Source: an uncultured Nitrosomonadales bacterium (GTDB lineage: Bacteria; Pseudomonadota; Gammaproteobacteria; Burkholderiales; Methylophilaceae). From it: DNA of 64,000 nt. Below are positions 22,701-32,607 of the stretch, piece by piece. Each line of letters begins with the position of its first letter. Within the stretch, counting starts at the first letter, position 1. A program made the position numbers and the translations under genes. The stretch is taken from contig CAJWVO010000006.1 of the NCBI GenBank assembly GCA_913048465.1, forward strand, positions 2,012 to 66,011, read 5' to 3'. The notes under the pieces were generated by a model. The model saw only the letters and a program-made list of their open reading frames with translations. It did not search any database and was not told the origin of the DNA.

Positions 22701-23562
22701 TATCCTTGATGATAAAAGTATGGGCAAATTTGATATCCAGGCATCAAATATAAATAAACAAATTTGGAAAATAGAAAATTTCACTATAATCAACCCTCAT
22801 CATGAATTTAAAGCAGATGGAGAATGGCAAGCAAAAGAAATTGGCACACAAACCAAAATGGATTTTAAATGGAAGGCAGATGACTTAGAAAAAACTTTAG
22901 AGCAACTTGGTTATCCTAATTTAGTTAAAAAGGGAAATGCCAGATTTAATGGGTTTGCTAATTGGGAAGGAAGCCCATTTAAGTTTTCTTCAGATCTAAT
23001 CAATGGTAATTTTTCCATGGATATCCAAAAGGGAGAAATCCTCGAAGCTGAACCAGGCATTGGGAGATTATTTGGATTGCTGACATTGCAAAATTTACCG
23101 AAAAGATTAAGTCTGGACTTTAGTGACTTATTTTCTAAGGGCTTTATTTTTGACTCGATAAATGCAGGGGTTCGAATTAATGATGGGGTACTGAGTTCAA
23201 ACAATTTTAAAATGATTGGTCCTGCTGCAGAGGTCTTAATGGATGGTGAAGTTGATATTATTGAAGAAACTCAAAATCTTCATGTTACTGTCAAACCCTT
23301 TGTGAGTGATTCACTATCACTTGCTGCGCTAGCTGGGGGTCCTTTAGCTGGTGCTGCTGCCTTTATTGCTCAAAAAGTACTTAAAGATCCTCTAAACAAA
23401 GTATTAACCGATGAATATCAAATCATAGGAACATGGGATGACCCGATTGAAGTAGATAAACCAAAATCAGAAGAATTATCTGAACTGGTGGATGAAGAGG
23501 TCATCAAACCATCAGATAGTATTCTAGAAAAACTAAATATATTTAAAAATAAAGATGAATAA
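19720..23562 (+). CDS. yhdP: YhdP/AsmA-like phospholipid bridge protein
   Basis: 1280 aa, N-terminal anchor, beta-rich body, C-terminal RLSLDFSDLFSKGFIFDSI...YQIIGTWDDP; upstream of tldD. Confidence 0.9.
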   Translation: MLKKINAVLKSKKIKYFYYGIFSLVSILILSASIAYHFFLIPNVENYKQNIENFIAKETGGEVSIDKLNIVWNVTNPRFQLRNFSITDRDNNKTINLNAIDFEISWLSVLKFEPILNQIIIGDLDILVERTVNNQLKIAGIEIIESTESSLSDWLLNQHEVRLINGKITWRDEYRAAKDLIISGINLTYTSPTYLTYLDRHKFNLNALVSEGTKERVYVNGFFDLDSIDHFDQVKTKVKVNISQAFLPAFKPWIEYPFDVKQGYGDLKLNLVFVKNKIQEIKTSFNVDNYIGNFNDNQDKYINISELSGSAIFDNNNNVKKIASTNLNFKTNNIDIQNSAFEILVKDNIAQSFKLKLNQLNIDAAESIINQTPFFEELKSYLDDYSPTGDIKNLQLSWKKNKELIAAGSLNNFGINSYNELPGFKNLTASFDIKNNRGFLDIASKNISLIHENKLRTNLTFDTFNGVIKIDEENYKFTNVLLNNKDLNLLTSGTVNLKNLKQPDLDLAITLSVPDISRIKKYYPKNTDPDLLNWLDTSLLAGSIENTKITIKGELDKLFDKNTNSHIQITGNYNNANIEYATGYPEIEKANILFNLDSNILSLLAKDGIVADQNISSLEVISDLSKADLMINTHWITSGGTNSLIQAMNNSPLYEDTQEFTNQLITNGNAILNLKINFPITNPDEINFEAKYELNDVVIQNPRIGLPQIKNLNGILNIKPNFYELKNASGSVFEMPINIDVLNEDDVTKINATGKIDETFFINNLGSGWANKVLGSAEWILKSNITEQSNSLSLETDLKGIEINGPHPLNKKQDEVKILSIVKKPSKNNLTNYVMRLENDINGKIYMNKNGWSGQINILSNEVFQDRNGISIFANFKDVDLDDFSLLFNLKSDNNQETFRIGKSKLNFEKLVVNGFNLHRLETIVFPSNNNLKVSLYSNEIKGNALWDNNERKLTGRFNKFIISKDKQIGKLNDDDDLPTTAQPVSIDLMIDEVILDDKSMGKFDIQASNINKQIWKIENFTIINPHHEFKADGEWQAKEIGTQTKMDFKWKADDLEKTLEQLGYPNLVKKGNARFNGFANWEGSPFKFSSDLINGNFSMDIQKGEILEAEPGIGRLFGLLTLQNLPKRLSLDFSDLFSKGFIFDSINAGVRINDGVLSSNNFKMIGPAAEVLMDGEVDIIEETQNLHVTVKPFVSDSLSLAALAGGPLAGAAAFIAQKVLKDPLNKVLTDEYQIIGTWDDPIEVDKPKSEELSELVDEEVIKPSDSILEKLNIFKNKDE

Positions 23563-24988
23563 TGAAATAGATAATCTCATATTAAATCCAGCTGAACTTG
23601 ATAATCAAAAAATTCAAAAAGTGATGAATAATTTGAATCATAAAAATATCGATTACTGCGACTTGTATTTTCAATACTCTAAAAATGAATTTTTTGCTAT
23701 TGAGGATGGTGCGGTAAAAAATGCTTCATTTAATATCGATAATGGCTGTGGTGTAAGGGCTGTGTCTGGTGATAAAACTGCATATGCGTATACTGACGAA
23801 GTAAATTTTCAAACACTTACTCAATCCTGTGAAATCATTAATGCATTGAGATCTCAAGGTCAGAATAAATCTGTTCCTCAAATTAACTCGAATACACCCC
23901 TACAACTTTACCCAAGTATTGATCCAATAATAAATACAGGCGAGAAAAAAATAGAAATTTTAAAAAAACTTGAAAGTTTAGCTTTTTCTCGAGATAAAAG
24001 AATTATTAAAGTCACTGCTTCGATTGCGGCAGAATATGATGCAATTTTAATTGTAAATAAATTCTCTGATATGAAAAGTGACATTCGCCCTCTTGTTCGA
24101 TTGTCGCTAAGTATTATTATTGAAGATAAAAACAGAAGGGAAATCGGAACAGCTGGAGGTGGCGGACGATATAGTATTGATTATTTTACTGACGACGTCC
24201 TTAATTTTTACATTGATGAAGCATACCACCAAGCTGTAACCAATCTTAAAGCCATACCATCCCCTGCTGGACTGATGCCTGTCGTTCTAGGCCCTGGTTG
24301 GCCAGGCATTCTCCTCCATGAAGCTATTGGACATGGTTTAGAAGGAGACTTTAATCGCAAGGGTACCTCAGCTTTTTCTAAACTGATGGGAAAGCAGGTG
24401 GCTCATAGTGATATCACTATTGTTGACGATGGGACTATCCAAGACAGACGTGGTTCTTTAAATATTGATGATGAAGGTAACCCCACGCAGCGAACTGTTT
24501 TAATTGAAAATGGGATTCTAAAAAATTATCTGCAAGATACTCTTAATGCAAAACTAATGAATATGGAAATTACTGGAAATGGCCGAAGAGAGTCTTACGC
24601 CCATATTCCTATGCCCAGAATGACTAATACCATTATGACCAATGGTAACCATAGTCCAGATGAAATCATTAAATCAGTAAAAAAAGGAATTTATGCTCCA
24701 AATTTTGGTGGTGGTCAGGTAGATATCACAAGTGGTAAATTTGTCTTCTCATCTTCGCTTGCTTGGTTAATTGAAGATGGAAAAATTACCCAACCAATTA
24801 AAGGAGCCTCCATTGTTGGAAATGGTCCAGATATCCTTAAAAAAGTTTCAATGGTGGGGAATGACTCAGCATTAGATACTGGAGTTGGTACATGCGGCAA
24901 AGATGGACAAAGCGTACCAGTTGGTGTTGGGCAACCTACTCTAAAAATTGATGAAATACTTGTTGGCGGCTCTGATACCCAAGGTTAA
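23555..24988 (+). CDS. tldD: Metalloprotease TldD
   Basis: [39 protein letters not shown]. Confidence 0.97.
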   Translation: MNNEIDNLILNPAELDNQKIQKVMNNLNHKNIDYCDLYFQYSKNEFFAIEDGAVKNASFNIDNGCGVRAVSGDKTAYAYTDEVNFQTLTQSCEIINALRSQGQNKSVPQINSNTPLQLYPSIDPIINTGEKKIEILKKLESLAFSRDKRIIKVTASIAAEYDAILIVNKFSDMKSDIRPLVRLSLSIIIEDKNRREIGTAGGGGRYSIDYFTDDVLNFYIDEAYHQAVTNLKAIPSPAGLMPVVLGPGWPGILLHEAIGHGLEGDFNRKGTSAFSKLMGKQVAHSDITIVDDGTIQDRRGSLNIDDEGNPTQRTVLIENGILKNYLQDTLNAKLMNMEITGNGRRESYAHIPMPRMTNTIMTNGNHSPDEIIKSVKKGIYAPNFGGGQVDITSGKFVFSSSLAWLIEDGKITQPIKGASIVGNGPDILKKVSMVGNDSALDTGVGTCGKDGQSVPVGVGQPTLKIDEILVGGSDTQG

Positions 24989-25554
24989 TTTGATTTATTA
25001 ACCCTATTTTTATATTCAAATGTTCTAGTGTCGATCTCAATCATATCACCTGTATCGCAAAATATTGGTACCATTAATTCAAAGCCAGTATTAATTGAAG
25101 CTGTTTTCATTACCTTACCAGAAGATGTATCTCCTTTAACTGCAGGTTCAGTATAAGTAATTTCCCGAGTAACTGAATTTGGTAGCTCGACTGAGATTGC
25201 TTTTCCTTCATAGAAAACAACCTCACACGACATTCCATCCTCTAAAAATTTCAAAGCATCGTCCATGCTGTCTGGCCCTACTTCGTATTGATTGTATTCT
25301 TCATCCATAAATACATAAGCTGGATCAGCAAAGTAAGAATAGGTGACTTCCTTCTTCTCTAAAACAACAACATCAAATTTATCGGATGCATTAAAAACTG
25401 ATTCGGTAGCAGATTCATTGAGTAAGTTCTTTAACTTCATTTTTACTACCGCTGCATTTCGTCCAGATTTATTGTATTCACATTTCAATGCAACCATTGG
25501 ATTACCATCCACCATGATGACATTCCCTGCCCTAACTTCCTGTGCTGTTTTCAT
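24985..25554 (-). CDS. efp: Elongation factor P (Arg32 type)
   Basis: [14 protein letters not shown] loop with Arg at the modified position; [11 protein letters not shown]; SD AAGGA. Confidence 0.98.
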   Translation of the reverse strand: MKTAQEVRAGNVIMVDGNPMVALKCEYNKSGRNAAVVKMKLKNLLNESATESVFNASDKFDVVVLEKKEVTYSYFADPAYVFMDEEYNQYEVGPDSMDDALKFLEDGMSCEVVFYEGKAISVELPNSVTREITYTEPAVKGDTSSGKVMKTASINTGFELMVPIFCDTGDMIEIDTRTFEYKNRVNKSN

Positions 25555-25591
25555 ACCTATCCTTGAAAAAATTTGTGATGATTATACTAAA

Positions 25592-26560
25592 TTATTTAAT
25601 AAATAATGAATTAATTTGAGCAATCCCAGTGCCTCTTTTTATAAAATTCTGTCTTGCATCTAAATAACAATCTTTCAGATTTTCAATACTTTTTAATATA
25701 TATTGCCAATGTTCTAAATTTAGGCTCTGATTATTCCATATTAAAAAAAATTCTCTCAACTGTGGCGGCAAAGAAATAAAGTAATGATCAAGAAAAGCAT
25801 TTAATTTTGTATTATGAAGACCATTTTCTTGAATGTAAGGTTGCCAAATAAAAGGGGATCCAGCCAAAATTGCACGAATTAGACTATCCTCACCACGAAC
25901 AAAGTTTATTAAACTATTAGATAGAGCTTTATCAAAATCATTAAAACTCAATAGGTTTTTACCTCTGCTCTTATCTTTATAAAATTGATCATGCAATACA
26001 CATTCATATTGCGGAAAGTTGGTTCGGAGAACTTTGATTGAAGCTTCAATCTTATTATTAAAATAGCAAAAAAAATTGATGGTATTTGTATCTTTTAATT
26101 TTTCCGTACCATACAAACCATTATCATTTATGGCAAATATTGGAGCACCTGAATGTTCGCTAACGCCTGGTATATAAAATATTTTTTTATATTTTTTGTT
26201 TATTGACTCTTTAAGATGATAGTCGTCAACCCATTGTTCAGCTGAAAAATACTCATAATTGATTAATAAATTTTTGTTTGTGAGTTTAGCTTCATAAGAT
26301 ATCGGCAACTGTGTATCAAAAATAGTAACAATATTAGTATTTGGTAAAAAGTTGTTATCGGTCTTAGCAATATCAATAATATTAATATTCTCGTTAAATA
26401 AATTTTTATCTAATATTTTTTGGACAAGCTCATTGGAGGTAAGAAATACATTGCTGGTGACACCATGATCAACATAAAGCCCATGAGCAAGCCTTAATGG
26501 AATTGATATATCTCCATAGTTATCGATAAACCTTGAAAATATGTCTACTGAAAATGTCAT
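25592..26560 (-). CDS. earP: EF-P arginine rhamnosyltransferase
   Basis: DIF..IDNYGDI, NYEYFSAEQWV, NFVRGEDS, PFIWQPY; directly upstream of Arg-type efp. Confidence 0.9.
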   Translation of the reverse strand: MTFSVDIFSRFIDNYGDISIPLRLAHGLYVDHGVTSNVFLTSNELVQKILDKNLFNENINIIDIAKTDNNFLPNTNIVTIFDTQLPISYEAKLTNKNLLINYEYFSAEQWVDDYHLKESINKKYKKIFYIPGVSEHSGAPIFAINDNGLYGTEKLKDTNTINFFCYFNNKIEASIKVLRTNFPQYECVLHDQFYKDKSRGKNLLSFNDFDKALSNSLINFVRGEDSLIRAILAGSPFIWQPYIQENGLHNTKLNAFLDHYFISLPPQLREFFLIWNNQSLNLEHWQYILKSIENLKDCYLDARQNFIKRGTGIAQINSLFIK

Positions 26561-27039
26561 CGATAAATGATAGACATAATTTCTATTTCTTTTTGTCCAG
26601 AAGGACTTTCATAGGAAACGATTTCTCCAACTTGCTTACCGAGAATGGCTTTAGAAAGTGGAGACAACCAGCTTATCTTATTTTCTTTAGGATCAACCTC
26701 AGGGACGCCAACAATCTGAATCTTATTAATCTGGTTTGTATTTAAATTCTCATACTCAACTGTTGCTCCAAAAAAAACTTTATCTTTATCTTCTTGCTCA
26801 AGTGGATCAATAATCTTTGAATCTTCAATGGCGATAAGTAAATATTTTACTCTGGAATCAATTTGCCTTAACCTCTTCTTACCGTAAATGTAATCACCAT
26901 TTTCCGATCGATCCCCATTGCTTGCTGCCCACGAAACGTCTTTCACAACCCTTGGTCGATCAACCTTTAAGAGATAATTTAACTCTTCTCTTAAATGCAT
27001 AAAACCATTTTTTGTAAGATAAGATGATTGCTCGCTCAT
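26557..27039 (-). CDS. greB: Transcription elongation factor GreB
   Basis: WAASNGDRSENGDYIYGKKRLRQID, ISWLSPL. Confidence 0.95.
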   Translation of the reverse strand: MSEQSSYLTKNGFMHLREELNYLLKVDRPRVVKDVSWAASNGDRSENGDYIYGKKRLRQIDSRVKYLLIAIEDSKIIDPLEQEDKDKVFFGATVEYENLNTNQINKIQIVGVPEVDPKENKISWLSPLSKAILGKQVGEIVSYESPSGQKEIEIMSIIYR

Positions 27040-27066
27040 AATATAGTTTTACTATAAAATTTAAAT

Positions 27067-29556
27067 GTGAAAGATAACATAATTACAATTTGTAAAAATG
27101 ACATTTACTTTAAAAGATTCATTCACACAAATAATTCCACACACTTTAATACCTTCACCCTATTTGAATTTATTTCAAATGAATTAAGTAATTATTATCT
27201 TTCATCCAATGAAATTAGTAAAAAAATAATTAATAAATTAGAGGAATATATTATTCTGGAAGAGATTGTATCCAATGAAATTGTTGGGTACGGAAATCAA
27301 TTTCTTCATGATATAGAATCACTCGTGTTTTTTGTTCAGAATGCCATAAAGAACATTCATGAGTATGACATAGATTACCAGGATGGATCATTCAATCTAT
27401 CCATCGAAAATAAATTTCTGCACTCAGTAATAGATAAATTTAATCAATATTTAATTGACAATGATTTATTTTCATATCATCAGGCAATTTATTATTTTAT
27501 TAAAAATATCGAATTTGATAAAAAGGTCCAACTAATTGGTTTCAACCTTGACACACCACTGAATAAATTAATTCAGAATAAGTTTAAGACAAATGATATT
27601 TCTTTTACAAAAGAGAATAAAGACCATATCATTCAGCAATTTGACAATGAACTCCAAGAGTTTAAATACATAAGTGATGAAATTATTCGCAAACATTCAC
27701 AAGGGAAAAAAATTGCAATTATTTCTGAAGATGTAAATAAGATTGTTACAACCTTCTATCCTGCACTCACAGGTCTGCAAACTTACAATAAAGATGTAAA
27801 TGGACAAGAGCCAATTGGGTTAAATATCCCCAATCAAATATCGTTATCAAAATCACCGATCATTCGAAGTATTTTTACTTTTTTTGATTTGCAGTACGGC
27901 CATTATGTTGCAGTCGAAAAAATACGTCATTTTGTAGTCACCTGCTTTCAAAATGATCTATTACTGGTAAGTGACCTGGATGAAAAGATCAAAATGTTTA
28001 AAAAGCATGGAATCCGAAAAATTAACCTAAAAAGGTTTAATGAAATTATGGAATCTTCTTCTTTGAATAAATCTTCTTTTGAAGAAATTAGTAATTTACA
28101 AACTAACTTAGCTATAACGGACTGGGGAGCATACTTTGTCAAACTATTAAAAAATTATTTCTTTCGTAATGAACTTAAATTAAGCAATTCATTAATCGAG
28201 GACTTGAGTAATTTTATTGACCTAATTAACAATATTGGTTCAATTAGAAAACATAAAATTATTAATTATTTAGAGTTTAAAAAATACCTCAATATTATCC
28301 TAAGCCAGATTCAAAAAAACTTTTTTGTATCAAGCAATACAATTGATATTTATTCATTTAAAGATGAAGTGATCTCAAAGTATGATGATATATACCTCAT
28401 AGATTTTATAGATCGAAAAAACCAGATCAGCTTAAGAAATCCCTTACTCCCCTTGTATCACCTAAATAAAATAAATGATTTCCATAAGAGAAAAACTTTT
28501 ACAGCTAATCAATTAAATAAACTGTCAGAAAAATGTAATTTATCGATCTCTTATTCTTTATTGACTGACAATGTAGAAAATACAATTTCATCATTCGTCA
28601 CATTTAGTAAGATTATCGAAAAAAAATATGAAAAAAAATATGATTTTCTTCATGACAACAAGACATTATCACTTGATAATGACCACACAGATAAGGCACT
28701 ACCCAAAGGGATAAAAAATATTCGTGGTTTGCTCGAACGTCTACAAACTTGTCCCCGATGGGCCTTTTATGAGGATGTCCTTCACTGTAAGGATGAGTCA
28801 GATCATCTAACAGCAGAGTATAGTCCACGCTTAAGAGGTATTCTGATTCACGAGGTACTCCATAACATCTGGATAAAGCTAAAAAATTATCAGAGTCTTG
28901 TTGAAATTAACAACTTAATGAAATTTATAAAACCTATTGTTGAAACGTCTATAGACAAAAAATATGAATTTTCAATAATGGGTAATTCAGTTAAAAAATT
29001 TGAAATAACAAGATGCACTGCGTTGATTCAAGAGCTGCTTGAGATAGAAAAGAAGAGATTACCTTTTTCAATTCAAAGTTTAGAAGAGAAACAACAATAT
29101 GTTCATAGAGAATATTCATTTGATCTTATAAAGGATAGGATTGATAAGGATGATAATGGAATTCATGTCGTTGACTATAAAACAGGAAAATTACCTACAG
29201 CAAAGTCCTGGACAGAATTACCAATTAAAAATTATCAAATCCCCTTATATTTTTTATTTACAGACTGTAAAGTCAGTACATTATTGCTTTATGAGATAAA
29301 TCAAAAAAATATTGCGATCAAGAGATATACTTTTAAGGAAAATGATCACCAAATATCTGACAACATTCCCCAACAGATTACTAGTGAAAGTTTTGAGGAT
29401 CTCAAAAAAATATGGTTAGATGAGATCAATAGCTTGATACATCTTTACGAACAAGGGTATTTCCCAAACACATTCGAAAAAGAAGATGATCTGACATATT
29501 GTGGTAGCAAAATTCTTCTTCGTCTTCCGGAAAAAAAATTCCAATATGAGTTATGA
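27067..29556 (+). CDS. AddB-like PD-(D/E)XK nuclease subunit, highly diverged
   Basis: C-terminal CPRWAF, RGILIHEVL, DRID...VVDYKTG, YQIPLY RecB-family nuclease motifs; followed by a UvrD-type helicase-nuclease. Confidence 0.8.
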   Translation: MKDNIITICKNDIYFKRFIHTNNSTHFNTFTLFEFISNELSNYYLSSNEISKKIINKLEEYIILEEIVSNEIVGYGNQFLHDIESLVFFVQNAIKNIHEYDIDYQDGSFNLSIENKFLHSVIDKFNQYLIDNDLFSYHQAIYYFIKNIEFDKKVQLIGFNLDTPLNKLIQNKFKTNDISFTKENKDHIIQQFDNELQEFKYISDEIIRKHSQGKKIAIISEDVNKIVTTFYPALTGLQTYNKDVNGQEPIGLNIPNQISLSKSPIIRSIFTFFDLQYGHYVAVEKIRHFVVTCFQNDLLLVSDLDEKIKMFKKHGIRKINLKRFNEIMESSSLNKSSFEEISNLQTNLAITDWGAYFVKLLKNYFFRNELKLSNSLIEDLSNFIDLINNIGSIRKHKIINYLEFKKYLNIILSQIQKNFFVSSNTIDIYSFKDEVISKYDDIYLIDFIDRKNQISLRNPLLPLYHLNKINDFHKRKTFTANQLNKLSEKCNLSISYSLLTDNVENTISSFVTFSKIIEKKYEKKYDFLHDNKTLSLDNDHTDKALPKGIKNIRGLLERLQTCPRWAFYEDVLHCKDESDHLTAEYSPRLRGILIHEVLHNIWIKLKNYQSLVEINNLMKFIKPIVETSIDKKYEFSIMGNSVKKFEITRCTALIQELLEIEKKRLPFSIQSLEEKQQYVHREYSFDLIKDRIDKDDNGIHVVDYKTGKLPTAKSWTELPIKNYQIPLYFLFTDCKVSTLLLYEINQKNIAIKRYTFKENDHQISDNIPQQITSESFEDLKKIWLDEINSLIHLYEQGYFPNTFEKEDDLTYCGSKILLRLPEKKFQYEL

Positions 29557-29559
29557 TTG

Positions 29560-32500
29560 ATGAGCAGCACTGACATTCAAAATAGGATTAAATGTCTTGA
29601 CTTAAAGTCAATGATTGTTCAAGCCCCAGCAGGCTCTGGCAAAACTGAATTATTAACTCAGCGCTTTATAAAACTCCTCGCTCATGTCAATTCACCAAGA
29701 GAAATATTAGCTGTTACCTTCACAAATAAAGCTGCAGCTGAAATGAAAAATCGAATAACGAATTATCTTCAAAATAAAACTACACCAAAAAATGACACGA
29801 CAAAAAAATTAATTGATCTTTTAAATAAGGAAATAACAAGAAGAGGAATAACTGTAGATGAAATAATCTCAGAGTTTAATATACTGACAATTGATGCACT
29901 TAACCAACAAATTATCAATTCCACTCCCCTGCTCACTCATTATGGATACCAATCATCTATTATTGAAGATCCTACCCCCATCCATTCTGAGATCATAAAA
30001 AAAGTTATTTATGCTGAGACCAATTCAGATACTATTCATAAAATTCTTCATATTTTAAATATTGAATTCCCTCAACTCGAAAAATATTTATTGGAGCTCA
30101 TGACAAATAGGGATAAGTGGATTCACTATATCTTTGATCATGAAAATAGTAATGAATTTAATAGTTATATCCAGCAAGAAGAAGATGAGTCACTCACACA
30201 TTTACAAAAACTTTTTAAACTTAACAATTCAATTCATTCAAAAAAAAGAGAATTGCTCCACTTTATTGAATCAATTTATACCAAACAAAAAAGTATAAGA
30301 AAAAAAATTAAAGAAGAGGATTTGCTGTTCTTTAAACTAAATTCAATCAGTAATGATATTACAAATATGGAGTGGCCAGAATTTGAAAGCTTTGAAAAAG
30401 AGTACTACTTTCTAAATATATCAAACTTGCAACAGAACGATATCATGCAGATGTTAGCGCCAATCCTTAAAGAAGCATATGCTAAAATCAAATTGTACTT
30501 TAGTCAAAATAAGGTAATTGATTTCCCAGAAATTACCCTGCAGGCTTTACTAGCTCTTAAAAATGAATCAGGATTTACTGATTTAAAAAGCTACCTCAAC
30601 ATAAAGTATTCTCATATCCTAGTCGATGAATTTCAGGATACAAATAAAAACCAGTTAAAATTATTTGAATACCTAACGCATGAATGGGGGCCTGAAAATA
30701 CCTTTTTTTGTGTCGGCGATCCAATGCAGTCGATTTACCGATTCCGACAATCAGACGTTAGAATTTTTTTGGATGTTATAAGAAATGGGATAGGAAAGAT
30801 TAAATTAAATCATATTATCCTTTCAGTAAATAACAGATCAAAGAGTCGCCTAATTCATTGGTTTAACTCACGCTTTTCTAAAATTTTTACAGAACTAAAT
30901 ATTGACAATGGAAGTATTCAATATCAATTATGCAACCCTAGAATTGAGGACGATAGTGGCTCAATAAATTTTTTTTCATACAATTCTGATTCATCCTCAA
31001 AATCCTCAGACATCGAGGCAGAATTAATCTGCCAGCAGATATTAACTAGTCAACATGAATCTATTGCAGTAATTGCAAGGTCGCGAAATCATCTGAAACC
31101 AATTGTTTCTTATATCAAAAAAAATTATGCTAAACAGATTCCAATCAATGCGATCGAGCTTGAATCTTTAATTAACCACCAATGTGTGCAAGATATTCTT
31201 GCATTGACATTAGCGATCTTTGATTTTAGTGACCGTACACATTGGATTGCCACAATACAGTCACCGCTATGTGGATTAACAATTAAAGATCTCCATATCC
31301 TTTTTGCCAGTAAGGATGAGAATATTTGGAAACTGATTAATTCTGAAAAAGTTAATGAATTGAACATCGAGAGCCAAAAACGAATTAAGAATCTAATTAA
31401 GATAATTAAAATTCATTATTCTTCTATGCACACGGCTAAGTGGAGTGAAATTATTAGAGCATTGTGGGTAGATTTAGCTGGGATTAAATCTTTATATGTA
31501 AAAGAGGACATCGAATACATAGATTCCTATTTACGCATCCTACAGAATTTCGATATGAATGAAATTGATAAAGAAGTTTTAATTAATACCGTTACTGAAA
31601 CTATGGTATCCGATGTAAATAGTAATAAAAAGGCTGTTTCTTTTTTAACCATCCACAAATCAAAAGGATTAGAATTCGATCATGTCATTATTCCAGGTGT
31701 AGATAAATCCACCCGACTAAATATCCCCGCCTTGGTCAATTTTGATCACATGGATGGGGCAAATAAAAATATTTCATCCATCAAAATCAATAATAATGAA
31801 ACCTACTCATTACACGGTTATCACGAACAAAAAAATAAAATTAGAGAACATAATGAATTAAAAAGATTGCTCTATGTCGCTGTTACCCGGGCTGCCAATC
31901 AGCTCGACCTTGTAACTGAAATAAATCAAACTTCTAAGAAAAATACTTTCTTACATTTTCTTTGGGATGATTTTTTTACAACAGATCCTCAAAGTATTGA
32001 TGTTGACACCCCTACAAGCAAATATGAGAAATTTTCACCAAAATTGTTTAACATCCCCTTATCGGAGTATATTAATGAAAAAAAAGAAAGTCTAAAGGAA
32101 TTTTCACCTATTTCTCTTAAAGAAAACTATAGTATTGAGACCGAAGAAATCTATGTAGGTATCATCGTTCATAAATATCTTGAGTTGATACATAAAAATT
32201 TAACAGTACATCAACATGTTCAATTTATAGAAAAAATGCTGAATAGTTTGAATATTGATAAATCTCTGAATCACAAGGAGATCGTTAGTGAATCTATGAT
32301 TTGTATTAACAATATCCATCAAACTGAATCAGGACAAAAGATATTAAAAAAATATGATGACGATCAATGTGAACTCAAGATTTCAGTTCCAAATAAAAAT
32401 CAAACAAGCTACCGTGTGGATAGGACGTTTTTAATTAATAATGAACGTTGGATTATTGACTACAAATACCACAAAGAAGAACACAACTTAAAATCATTAG

Positions 32501-32607
32501 CGCTTAACTATAAGAATCAATTGAATCGGTACGCTTCCTTTTTCAATGATCAAAACATAAGACAATTTATTTATTTTTTAAAACAAGGTGAGTTAATTGA
32601 GATTTAG
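29560..32607 (+). CDS. AddA-like UvrD helicase/nuclease
   Basis: APAGSGKT, VTFTNKAAAEM, VDEFQDT, VGDPMQSIYRFR, TIHKSKGLEFD, LLYVAVTRA, C-terminal RVDR..WIIDYK. Confidence 0.9.
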   Translation: MSSTDIQNRIKCLDLKSMIVQAPAGSGKTELLTQRFIKLLAHVNSPREILAVTFTNKAAAEMKNRITNYLQNKTTPKNDTTKKLIDLLNKEITRRGITVDEIISEFNILTIDALNQQIINSTPLLTHYGYQSSIIEDPTPIHSEIIKKVIYAETNSDTIHKILHILNIEFPQLEKYLLELMTNRDKWIHYIFDHENSNEFNSYIQQEEDESLTHLQKLFKLNNSIHSKKRELLHFIESIYTKQKSIRKKIKEEDLLFFKLNSISNDITNMEWPEFESFEKEYYFLNISNLQQNDIMQMLAPILKEAYAKIKLYFSQNKVIDFPEITLQALLALKNESGFTDLKSYLNIKYSHILVDEFQDTNKNQLKLFEYLTHEWGPENTFFCVGDPMQSIYRFRQSDVRIFLDVIRNGIGKIKLNHIILSVNNRSKSRLIHWFNSRFSKIFTELNIDNGSIQYQLCNPRIEDDSGSINFFSYNSDSSSKSSDIEAELICQQILTSQHESIAVIARSRNHLKPIVSYIKKNYAKQIPINAIELESLINHQCVQDILALTLAIFDFSDRTHWIATIQSPLCGLTIKDLHILFASKDENIWKLINSEKVNELNIESQKRIKNLIKIIKIHYSSMHTAKWSEIIRALWVDLAGIKSLYVKEDIEYIDSYLRILQNFDMNEIDKEVLINTVTETMVSDVNSNKKAVSFLTIHKSKGLEFDHVIIPGVDKSTRLNIPALVNFDHMDGANKNISSIKINNNETYSLHGYHEQKNKIREHNELKRLLYVAVTRAANQLDLVTEINQTSKKNTFLHFLWDDFFTTDPQSIDVDTPTSKYEKFSPKLFNIPLSEYINEKKESLKEFSPISLKENYSIETEEIYVGIIVHKYLELIHKNLTVHQHVQFIEKMLNSLNIDKSLNHKEIVSESMICINNIHQTESGQKILKKYDDDQCELKISVPNKNQTSYRVDRTFLINNERWIIDYKYHKEEHNLKSLALNYKNQLNRYASFFNDQNIRQFIYFLKQGELIEI

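Noticed and set aside
25592-32607. AT-rich earP/addAB stretch as a horizontally acquired island or defence system
   Set aside because: Genes are housekeeping types in an expected context (next to efp, greB, mfd); no integrase, tRNA or flanking repeats; AT drift of weakly constrained genes explains it
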